Assembly (NCBI GenBank): GCA_002633005.1
Contig: NMRA01000515.1
Location: 144,558 to 208,557, forward strand
Source of the DNA: Phoronis australis
Lineage: Eukaryota > Animalia > Phoronida
Length of the DNA: 64,000 bases
Direction: 5' to 3'
The position numbers were made by a program, and so were the translations under genes. Under the pieces are notes generated by a model. It was not told the DNA's origin, ran no database searches, and saw only the letters and a program-made list of their open reading frames with translations. This document shows positions 25,801 to 37,800 of this stretch, piece after piece. The first letter of the stretch is position 1, and the number at the start of each line of letters is the position of its first letter.

Positions 25801-28800
25801 TAGATTGAAAGCTACTTTGCTGTTGTTAAGATGTATACACGTCTTGACTATTCATTTTAACCATAACTTTTCCTTATTTCATCCTGCAGTTCGTCTATAT
25901 TTTGTTTAAAAAATGCCCCCCCCCCCTATTTTCTCACAAAATTCTGAGGTCTTCAGTTAATGCATCATGGAAGTGAGACATGTCCTGAGCATTGCCAAGT
26001 CAGTCGAGTATCTCCATTGATGTGTGCCAAAAGCTCTAATGTTTTCTTGCGAATTTCAACGTCATAGTTTTAACTGGCGTTGGGATTTATTTTGAAGACG
26101 AATGCCAGTGGGAGATTGGGACAATACATCATGGGCTGGGGTGTCTGTGCACAGACTACCCACTGATCTAAGACTGCGTCGCCTGTGGGTAGACTGTCAA
26201 GTGCACGAGCAAGCACAATTAGGATGGTTGAACCATTTTTTCGTTTTTAAAGAAATTCTTCAATATCATCAGAAAGATAATGCATCCCGCACTACAAAAA
26301 TTAAAAAAAAATATCGAAATCAGGGGAAGCAGTACAAAGTTATAGCAAGTTTTGTGGAGAAATTTAGGTCACATTTTTTGGATCGGGTCAGCCATCTTGG
26401 AAGACAGTGGCATAAATTAAGAGTCTAAAACTGTTTATAAATGGTATTTCACTCGTTAAATATATTTTTGTGAGCACATGGACCCGTTTTACTCCTTCCC
26501 CCCCTCATTTCAGTCTATTCCATTATTCCTTGTGCAGGACTACACTTCGTTTTCCCAGCCTTCATATTGGTCTGTTGTTATCTCGTGTCTTGAGTTTGGT
26601 CAGCTCTTGGCTCTCATAGGCTGATGATTGTCACATGTCCTTAGGCATTTTCTTTGCTATGGCAACCTTGTTTTCAGTTCACATTTGTTCAAGCCACATT
26701 GTCGTACGTTCCAAAACTTATTAATTTTTCCCACCCTCTACCACCCTGTTTTTGTTCTTTCGTACTTCCACGTGGCTGGCACTTTTTTATTGCCCATCTT
26801 ACCAGAGATTATCATTTTTTTATTTTTATTATCTGTATTCACTATATTTACTTGAAATTCTCTTCGTCATAATAAATGACCTTATATTGCCTACCTCGGT
26901 CTCCTTGTCATCTCTGGTAACGAGCTTTGCATGTATCATTTATCCATTATTCGGGACATATGTTGATCATAAATTATTTTTACCAACGTTTTACAGTGAA
27001 AGTTAGTGAGACGTATCTTTATCTGCTATTGCATGTCATTTAACAGTTTTCACCAGAATTTAGTCACGGGTCGAGTGAAAACTTGCAAAAATTTACTCGT
27101 CGCTTGAAGACTCATTGCTATAATTCTCGTATTCCACGTTGGTTCCTAGCCTTGTGTGACTGAGTATACCAAGCCTGTCTCACTTCCGTGTCGTCATCAA
27201 TGATTACATAACACACAAGCCTGCATTCAGAATTGACTCACCTGAAGTGGGATGACATCATTAACTCCTGGGCTTCTCTAATTAACTGCATCATGCGGAC
27301 ATTAACTGCTTTGTGTAATGTGTTCATATAGTGCTATCTTTTTGTTGGAAGGAGTTGTTATAAGTGCTATTCAGAACGAAATCAATATAGATCAGTCATA
27401 GAGGTAGTAAAACTTATTGCACCACATTGCGTTCAACTATTACACAAATTCTATTCAAAATTCAGAATGATGTTTGTTTCCATTTTTTGTTACATTTCAG
27501 GTATCCTCTACTGGCACTGCTAAAGTCACTGCAGTGTTCAGTTTTCAAGCTTTCCTTACAGAGATCAGTTCTTCAAAATTAACGGAAGAAACTAGAAAAA
27601 TGGCTCTGCGCAAATACACTATGGTCATACTCCACAGTTGTAGTGAACTGCACAGTAGTTACAACCTGTGGCTGAGAGCAATACCTCCCGAGGAGGATGC
27701 AGCTTCTATATTGGATGAGAAGTTTGGAATATTTCGTTTGAAAGGTAGGAAAGTGATAATAGATTATGTCATGCTTGTATTTATCTTTTGGTTATGATAT
27801 TAACTGCTTGTAGAAATATGGTCATGTTGACATAGATTTTTTGACTCCCCCTAGTGTCGAATTTGTTTTTCGCCCGTGCTTGAAGTCTATCTTCAATAGC
27901 AACACAGTGTAAATTTGGTTCCTACAGTATGTTAAGAGCATCGCTCTGAGCCAACTAGTGCCATAAATTGCCAAATGTAACAAAGTGTTAGGCGTATTAG
28001 CTTGCTTTTGTTTACGTCACCGCGAGAATCACCTTTTAATTCAAACAGCTGTGAATAACTCCCACATGCAATGGTGTTTTGTTCGGACCCTATTCAGTGC
28101 AACTGTTATCAGCCTTTTGTTGTTTGTGCTGGGATCTCGCGGTGACGCAACATGGCATGAAAAGGCAGTTTCACCTATCATTTGACGGGCTATATTTGCG
28201 TTTTCTTAAGGCTTTGCTAGGACTATCTGGTTAGCCCAATACATTTAAAATAACAAAATTCCGTTGAAGTTAGGCTTAAATGTCTATCAAGGTTGTTGAT
28301 GGATATTCTAGAAATTTGGTATGTATGTTTCAATGGAAATGGGTATGCCTGCCATAGATTTTGGGACAACTTCAACTACTGTGGAGTGTAGCATCCACTA
28401 GTTGACAATTTTGGTATTGTTTATGTGTGACATGTGGGTCTATATTTGCCAAGGTCCTTAACAGAAGTTCACAAAATTTGACAAACAAATTGTTATCAAA
28501 AAGGAGACAGCAGCATGTGCCTTGTTTCAGACATATCTGATGTATGCTGCAGCCTATAGTGACCTTTTTAATATTAATTATATGTTACATGATACAAACA
28601 CCTTGAAATGCATAATGCTTGCGGTGCAGTCATGGGTGCATTGGTCTTGTTTTCCAACCACTCAGAATTTTTGTTTATAACAATCATAAATTAAATACTA
28701 AGACACGTTTGAGGCAATCAAGTCTTTATTGTTATTTTCCAACCTTCAAAGCTTGAAAAAGTAACATTTTGATCAATAAGTATAATGCACATTTGTTTGT

Positions 28801-31800
28801 TTTAGTTTAATAAATTAAGTCTTATCATAGTTCCTTCTAAAAATACTCATTACATGTCCCAGTGCAATTACTTTACCTTCTGAATGCTCCTCCTAAGGTG
28901 GCCAAGATGAAGGGATTGCCTATGCTGAACCTGCCATAATTGGTAAAAAGTCATACACGTCTCACTTTTTGAGTATCAATGGTCCAGAGGTGTTGAGGAA
29001 ACGACGAATCATTGAGAGGAGTTTGACCCAAGCTTGGGACCATGAGAGAACTGTGTTTGAGTTGACTGTTGCTGTATTAAGGGAAAACAAGCTGATTAAT
29101 GCACTGTCGGTAAGTAGGAGCTGGCAGGGCTGGATTATGATAGGAGTCTCTGGCGGTTCTGAACCCTCCTGCTGAGTTGCTTTTGTTTTTCTGTATGGGA
29201 AGAATATGATGTACTTGTGTTTGTCCATTGTCAATTAACCCTCCTCTACTTAATGTCAACACTGCTACAACCAAGTCATGTTTACCATTGTGTATTGTGA
29301 CGTGATCCTGATGTGCGAAAGTTGCCATATTGTATAATGTGTTATTCTTGTCAATGAATTTATGACCAAAAATTATCAAAAGAAGGAACAATTAAGGATT
29401 ACTGCTATTTTTAACTATTTGTTTTTAATGCTGAAATGCTGACCCCATTCCCTAGTTAATGTTTACTTATTTAATGGTTTGTGTGAGGTGTATGTATTAG
29501 AGGTGTTTGTATAAGGTGTATGTTGATATCTACATTTTACAGTTACTTGCAATGCCTTAAATTATGGAATAAAAAAGTCAAGGTTCACACAGTAAGGCAT
29601 ACAACATTTTGAAAGTTTGTGTTTTTGTAGACGCGTGATCGCCAGTGCCTTGAGTCACTGCAGAGTGTTCAAGTTCTGTCAGAGATGAACTTGATAACTG
29701 GGAGTTTTGAGAGGATCAGTGAAGGTAGTTTTGGAGAAGTATTCAAGGCCAAGTGGAGCAAAAATGGTGTCATCAAGAATGTTGCTGTGAAAATCTTGAA
29801 AAACATCAGCTCAGTTGTTGACCTTGACAACTACCGCAGGGAATATGAAAGTATGAGGTGAGCTTGAAGTCCTGTAAAAATTGTTGCTGCAGTTGCCAAT
29901 ATCCTGAGGTCTTCTAGCTATAACCTCACTCCATGATCTCAAAACTTGCAATAAGATCAAAACCCTTTCTGCTCAGCAACTTCTAGTGTTATGACCTCTA
30001 TACCCAATACGACACATCATTCTTAGACAAAACATTTCATATTTCAATCGCAGTAGGTTCACGACTGTCCAGCAGTCACACCTAGACCGACACATTGCTC
30101 AAGTTGATTGTCTCGCAATGATATCACGGGATGATTCAGGATTGTCTATTATAGAATGAGTTGCAGTCTCTTACTAGCCTGATCTTAAAGATATTAGTCT
30201 TTCAGGTTTACAATAATGATTGTTTAACCTTTAACTAGAGTCATGTGATATTAATTAGATGTAGACTTGTTGCTGCTATTTGCTCTGACCCACAAAACGT
30301 TGCTTCCTTCATGATTCTCATGTAAACAATATATTGTTCAAAACTGTTCACCCTATATCTGAAGCATCAACAGATAACATAACAAGTAGTACATAACAAT
30401 TGTTTCATAGTGTGAGATCCATACAGCTCTTCACAGTTGAGCATGTTGCATGCGTTTTACTTTCACCCCTAAGTCATCTTCAAAGTTTTCAAAATTCATT
30501 TTAGTAAAGCCAAGCATCCGAATATTGTGGAAGTGTACGAGCCTTACAGAAAGAGCAACCAACTGGGATTGATCATGGAGTTCATGGAGGGAGGTAGTAT
30601 TCGAGACGTGATCAATAAGAACCCTGGCGTGGGTCTGTCCAGAGAGTTCACCTACCGATGTGCACACCAGGTGGCGTTAGCTCTAGCATTTCTTCATCAG
30701 CAGCAAATTTGGCACAGAGACATCAAGGTGGACAACATATTCGTAAGTGGATCGGTTCTGTTGTGGAGGCTGGTTAAGGTTACCATACTAGCACGGAAAA
30801 GTGTATGTAGGAAATTTCAAATACTTTGGCTGTTTTTAAGGGCCATATTACTAGATGATGGTCGTTTCATGCCAATTTTAGCACCCATCATTGCAGTATG
30901 CTTTGCTTCACATTAATCTCCATTTCAAATACCATCTTTAATACATGACATTAACCAGCAATACCTTACTTTTGTCTTCAGTCAAACACACGATATGAGT
31001 GATCTGAGTGGTTAATCATTTTGATTTTTGTAAAGTGTTCTTCAATTTAACACACAGCGTGTCAGATGAATGGAATTTTATTTTGTCAAGTTTATCAACA
31101 AACACCTGAAGTGTTTTTCTTCAATTTATTGTGCTTTGTTGTGTATAGCTATCATAAAACAAAATGAAAAATTGCAGTTTTGACAACTATTTCTGGGAAA
31201 TTGAGAGGTTACTGTTACAATACTATTTCCTCGTCTATAATTGATTTGATAATGGCAGTATGTATGACACACACCTAATGCCTTGACATAACATGAGTAG
31301 ACGCTCGAAAGTACAAGTGGAAAAAGCAAAATACAAATAGAAGTCGTATGGGTGCTGGATGTTCAGTTTGCATTTTTTCATCGCCTCTTTTTTGCAGCCC
31401 AAATTCAGAAATATGAGGGGACATTTTTGTCTGTGTTGAACGCTGTTCTAATGTGTTAAAATTTAAATACATTTTATGTTCATATTAGATTTTCTCCTGC
31501 TTTGCAGCTTTCAGGGGACCATCAGACTGTGAAGATCGGTGACTTTGGTCTGGCAAAGCTGAAGGCCAACACACGTAACACCAACACACAGGACGTGGGC
31601 TCCTATCGTTATATGGCACCAGAGGTCGCTAGTGGCACAGCTATGGGCAAATATTCTGCTAAAGCTGACGTATACAGCTATGGTAAATTGTGAAACAATG
31701 ATTCATTTAATAAATGAATCTGGTTGTTTCTGGTGTAAGTTTTGATAGCTATCAAATCTTTATTTTGGTCTGCTAAGTCAGCTAAAACAGAGATTCAAGT

Positions 31801-34800
31801 TAGGCCATTAACTCTCATAATATTCCTTAGTATGATAGGATTTTATTTCTATTATCAACAAGAATATCGAGACCATCAGCGACTTAAGAAAACTCATCAG
31901 AGTTTATTGTGGAAGGCCAACCCTAAAGCTGGGAATTTGAGAATTGCGCACATTGACTGTGGGTTAAGCTGCCGGCTCCTTTGGGAACAATTCAATCATT
32001 GGTAAATGTAGCAATCTTGCAAAATGCCCCAGGATGCTGAATATCATTATAGCAAAATCAAAAGTTTACACAAAAGGCATACAGGTAAAATTTGTTTGCT
32101 TTTCCTGGCTTCTTTTGTTATTGGTAGTTTCTGCGACATTACAAATGTTGGTAGAAAACAAAAATGTTGGTGATCTTTATTCATTAACTTTACTTGTGCA
32201 CTCAAAGTTGTTTGTTTATTTTCTGTCATAAATATGTTGAGTTCTTCAAATGAAGTCTAGTTCTCAACTTGTTCCATACTCAGATTAGAACTACATTGGG
32301 AACAATTGACAGTTTGTTATTGCTTGTGGTCATACTTGGCAAATAAAATGACCCACTGGAGACCATAAACCATTCCTTATTTAGTTAGGGACAATTTGAG
32401 ACTAATTTTATAGTTGTAAGTGACATTTGCTCAGCCAGACAAAGGGGGTCTAACAGTCATGGAAGGGGGTTGGAATGAATGACTACTTGGCGCACTTTGC
32501 AAAATTGAAATGGGTTTCGACTGTGGTAGGGCTTTTTTGCTATTGCCCCCCTCCATTGTACCCCCTGTGGCTACATCAATGGTAAATGATCTAAATCAAA
32601 AGTTGAGATTTGAAATTGGCGTATACCTGTAATCTTGTTGTTTCTTATTATCGTTGATCAGTTTCTGTTTATAAAATTACATGAAATGCAGTTTCCAGTA
32701 TACCTGAAAATCAGGTTTTATGTCTTTCGTGTCGAGGAACATTGAGATAGACTGGACCCCAAGTTTCAAAAACAATGGTCACTATAACCGTAGTGCCTGT
32801 CGTTAACTGTTGTTTATGCCCATGAGGAATGAATAAACCTCTCATTAATCATAGACCCTCCACTAGTTGCTATTTCCAATGTGAATGTATTCATTTTGTG
32901 ACATCATAGGTGGTGCAGTGAGTGAAATGAACAAAACTTTTTTAGTAACTTGTTCAATGTGTCAAATTGGAATTTCTCTGGAGGTTCTTACATTTTTGAC
33001 AGTAAACTAATGAATCACCTTTGGATTTTAAGAAAAAAATTACAGCTATAATGTTGGAAAATGTGCAGCTATCACTGTCTATAAGTCATATCAGGAGACA
33101 TGAGTCGTGATGCAGTTTTCAAAATGACCCTTTGCTATGTTTTCCAGGTTTGATGTTGGCTGAGATTATGATGGGTAACCTTGTATTTAGTAACATTCCC
33201 ATCCACCAGGAGGTCTACAAACTCAAAGTATCTGCTGACTTGCCAGTCCTGTTGCCAGTATGTAACTCTTTCATTGATATTGACTTCTCAGTGACTGTTT
33301 CTGGTTTTGTAGTGTGACCTTCTCAGTAAAGGACTGCTTTCTAGCATTGTCTTCAAAATAAATCTGCACTATTGCACATTTGCATTATGGTTGTATGGGG
33401 GGGACGGCAGATGAAATAAAAATTTATGGGTGGTTGTCTTCTGAAAGAAATTTAAATTATAGGTGGTCTTTCTTGAAAGAAGTAAAATATTGTTGGTTGG
33501 TGTTTTTCGTCCTGTAAATGTTGGTAGGTGGGTATTTTTGGCCAAGCACCGACCTCCGACCTTAATACCTCTGAAAAAACTCCAAAACTCACCACAAATT
33601 CACTTGACAGATATCCAAAAACAGCAGAAACAAGCCAAGGTGCTACTGTAGTTTACACTGCAATATCAGAGATGTGTTAAATGATTCTTGGCAATATGTA
33701 CACTGTGCCATTACTCAAGTCATGGGCAACTTAATTACAGGCAATGTTGTACAGTCATTTTAGAGTGAAAATTACTGACACCAAGACTAAATTGGTGTTA
33801 ACACATTCAAAAAAATTCTCTCTGATGAATTTTTTAATAAAAAGTATGTGGAGTCAGATAGACAAGCTCCAATATTCACTTGGCAAACCAGTCTAAAAGC
33901 ATTCGTGGAATCACTTTGAGATTCGTAGATTCATGAAATTGAAAAAATCTTATTGAAATTACAGACGCCTGGTAGACAGAGACACCTGGTGGCTGCCTAA
34001 TGTATTGTTCACAGTTGTCTTTAAAAAGCAAGTTTCTGGTAACTGACATGAGTTGTGATCTCACATAGCATTTTTTGCACAATTTAAAAAATATTGGTGG
34101 TTGCATTTCAACTTAATTAAAAATTATGGGTAGTGGTTAAAGAAATAAAAGAAAAATATGGGGAGTTGATAAAAAATGAATGTGCTTTCCCCACCCCCGT
34201 CTCCCATATGTTTTGTACTGGAACAGCCCTTATTATAAACTTCAGTTGTCAATATTTAAAGAATGACAAGAACTTTAAAATAGCATAACCGTATAAGTTA
34301 CAATCGTATGAACAATGTGACATCATTGGTTCTTTGCAGGAGCATAGTGAAGAGCATTATGGTGCCCTGATGTGTAACATTGTGAAATATTGTGTGCAGC
34401 GTAACCCTCAGTTCAGACTCGCCATACAGCAAGTTTTGAACATGTTAGACAAAGGTCAAGATGAGGTCACCGCACGCTACACGCCCTCCACTGGGCTCTA
34501 TCTGCTATGTCTAGGTACTGGTAAAGGAGCCACAGGTATGGAGAGGTTCTGAAATGAGTTAGTTGATTAAGATTGGTTGAAAAAATGTTGACTATTATGA
34601 AAACGTTGATTCATACTTACAAAATATGGGTATCAGCTAGACTTTGGAGGACTATAAACCTGAAACAATACTGGTGTGGGCAGAGTTTTAATTGATACAT
34701 TCTGTTACATAGTATTGTGCAATAGATTGACATTATTTATTTTTTATTATTATTACTCCAGAATGTGAAATTAATTGTTAACTTACTAAGTATAGCAATA

Positions 34801-37800
34801 TTTCTGTTGCTCTTGAGGAATGCGTCTGGAACCATGCCGTTATTTATTCATCTTAATTCTGTTTTCTGTTTAGCTGTGATTCACAATGAACCTAGTTCAT
34901 CCTTTGTCATACTGAACAACGGGCATCCACTGCTTCTGGTTGACATGGGACTGGGTGTTTTATACTCCTACAGAAATTTTCTGGGTGAGTAGGTGACTTT
35001 CTTTGCGCTCAAGTGAATGTTTTCCCAGTATGTGAAGCTGTCGTAACTTGATAGATGTTTTGACTTATCCAGCTACTCCAGAAGTAGAGAGTTTAACTTT
35101 GGCGTACCTTTGTTAAATTTGTTCATAGTCATTCAAAATAGCTTGATATAGCTGTTTGTTGTTCATCATGTGGTGTAAATGAACATCATGGCAACAAGGA
35201 GTTTGTGATAGATGTGTTACTTTATTTTTACAAAATTTAAATTCGGTAAGGCATTTAAGTTGGTATTACAGAATACACAAGTTTCTTTGTCAAAGTTGTT
35301 GGACTCCAGTGTGGTCAATATAACAGTTAAAATTCAAATCATCATCTTTGACCGTGGTACATGGCCAAAGTCTGCGCAGTCTTTGACAATGATTGTGGAA
35401 AAATTTAATAGGTCTATCTAGAAAATTTTTGTTTATTGCCAATGCCTTCAGGATGATTATGGAAAAAGTTAAAAAAATTACGAATTGCGACTTGTAAAAT
35501 CTTATCTTGTTTCAATTGTAAAAAATTCAAAAACAACAAAAAATTGTGAAAACATGGGTTCAACAGTTTCATTGTTTGTTTGTTCTGATGCATTTATTCA
35601 GGTGACACACTGCCAAAGAACATCTTCTTAACTCATAACCACTCTGACCACACTGGGGATCTGCCTGTCTTCTTTGGTGTCCTGGCTCCTAAGCTGTTGG
35701 AGCTACCCAAGAAAGCATTGAATATTATTGCTGCACCTGAAGTAATGACTCGCGTGAAGAACTACAGGATGCATGAAATTGTCTCCCATGTCACTACTCT
35801 AGCCAATCAGCATTCAGTTGTAAGTACCGTAATATAAGATGGCAATGAAAAACTGATCGGTTTTCAGCTGTTATTTTAAAATTTAGAAAACAACTCTTTC
35901 AAGTACTGGTTGTAATTGATTAGAGTTAATTGGTATTTATTTGTTTGGTATTGATAACACAAATTTGATTGTCATGTATTAATATTGTGTTGTGTTGTAT
36001 CAATACATACTCACATAAAGTTGTGCCATCATAGGATCCTTTAGCCAACTGGGTAAGCACAAAGCCAGACTTTTCCCAGTACACCTACTTGGATGAAAAG
36101 AAAGAATTTGCAATAAAGACACTTCAAAGTCAACACTCAGAGACTTGTTTTGGTGAGCTATTAAATTGCTCATTTTGTTCTCTTAATTGTGTGTACAGCT
36201 CAGGATTTGGTCAGGGGTAGTCTGTTATACCCTATGTCGGCTCCAGCAGTCATTGTAGTTTCATGGCTTTGAGTCCCTTTGTAAGAAGACAAATGAACAA
36301 TAGAAGATGTTTAATGATGTCCTACTATTTGACATTCTTTGCTATCATTAGATAGGTTAGACTGAATAATCAAACTAGAACTAGCTTAATATTTACTGTG
36401 AGTCTCAAAGTGAGTTGGTCAACTTTCACGTCAGGGAGACCACATGATCATTTGCCATATCCTTATTTCCTTGCTGCAATCTGATCTGTTTTTCACACAT
36501 TTGAAAACTTCTGTGTTAGTTACTTTTGTGAAAAGGTTAAATTACGTATTACTGTCATTGAATTTTGATACAACAGTCCTTCAAAGTAATGTTTATGTTT
36601 TTTATGCGCAAATAAGTTGGTGCAATAATTGAGAGCTGAGAACGCACTCATTATTGTGAAAAACATTAGCAATGAACACCACCTGCCTAAACATTATGAA
36701 AAGTGGTTAGTAAGTGTTACCTCACATCACACAGTTTTCCCAATTTCCAGGCTTTGTTTTGTACCACAATGAACATCCTGTCCTTGGCTACTCAGCTGAC
36801 TCAGGATTCAACAGTCACTTGTATGAGACTGTTTATCAAGCTGACCTGGTGATAGTTGATGCTCGTCTGTCCTCTTCTTATGAACATGCCAGTGTAAGTG
36901 TCAGCAGTTTTACACTACCCACAATGCACTGAATTTGTATTCTTTGGTAATATTCATCATGTCAACTTAAGTCAACTGGTCTGTTGTATTGCAGCCATTG
37001 ATTGGATTACTGACAGTTTTTATATATCACAATACTGTCTTGATTGTAGATGATGAGAATAGTAGTTTTGCACTGCATAAACAATGCATTTTACAGACTG
37101 GTATCATGATTGACTGTTCCTAATACTAACTGTAATTTTGTGAAATCAAGCTGTTGTTTGTTATATTTTATGGAATTTTAATAGCACAAGAAATCACCAT
37201 TCTAAGGTTTTGTGTAGTAATACTAAATTGTAGCAAATCAACTGCCATAATACTAAATTGTAGCAAATCAACTGCCATAATACTAAATTGTAGCAAATCA
37301 ACTGCTATAATACTAAATTGTAGCAAATCAACTGCCATAATACTAAATTGTAGCAAATCAACTGCCATAANATGCACTGAATTTGTATTCTTTGGTAATA
37401 TTCATCATGTCAACTTAAGTCAACTGGTCTGTTGTATTGCAGCCATTGATTGGATTACTGACAGTTGTCTATTTTTTATATATCACAAAACTGTCTTGAT
37501 TGCAGATGATGAGAATAGTAGTTTTGCACTGCATAAACAATGCATTTTACAGACTGGTATCATGATTGACAGTTCCTAATACTAACTGTAATTTTGTGAA
37601 ATCAAGCTGTTGTTTGTTATATTTTATGGAATTTTAAGAAATCACCATTCTAAGGTTTTGTGTAGTAATACTAAATTGTAGCAAATCAACTGCCATAATA
37701 CTAAATTGTAGCAAATCAACTGCCATAAATGAGGTAGACACATCTTACCACTTCATTTTCCAAATTTCAATCACAACAACAAACATTAATATTTGTAAGT

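Larger units (their letters stand above)
24413..29109 (+). other. Middle domain resembling the actinobacterial DUF5753 (Xre/WhiJ-family C-terminal) domain, exons 6-9
   Basis: YLEQQSVEIGIQTVKITNALCTDE, TVDKVMTAMVKRRNNL, VTAVFSFQAF, YNLWLRAIP, FGIFRL..DEGIAYAE, GPEVLRKRRIIERSLTQAWDHERT. These follow the remembered consensus (LExEAxxIxxYxxxxVPGLLQT, VExxVxxRxxRQ, AVLDEAAL, NVxIxVLP, FxILxF...VAYxE, PxEVxxYxxxFxxLxxxALxPxxS) in order. Confidence 0.55.

Noticed and set aside
37154-37579. 141-aa ORF with ILNCSKSTA repeats
   Set aside because: 30-bp intronic tandem repeat spanning an N junction.
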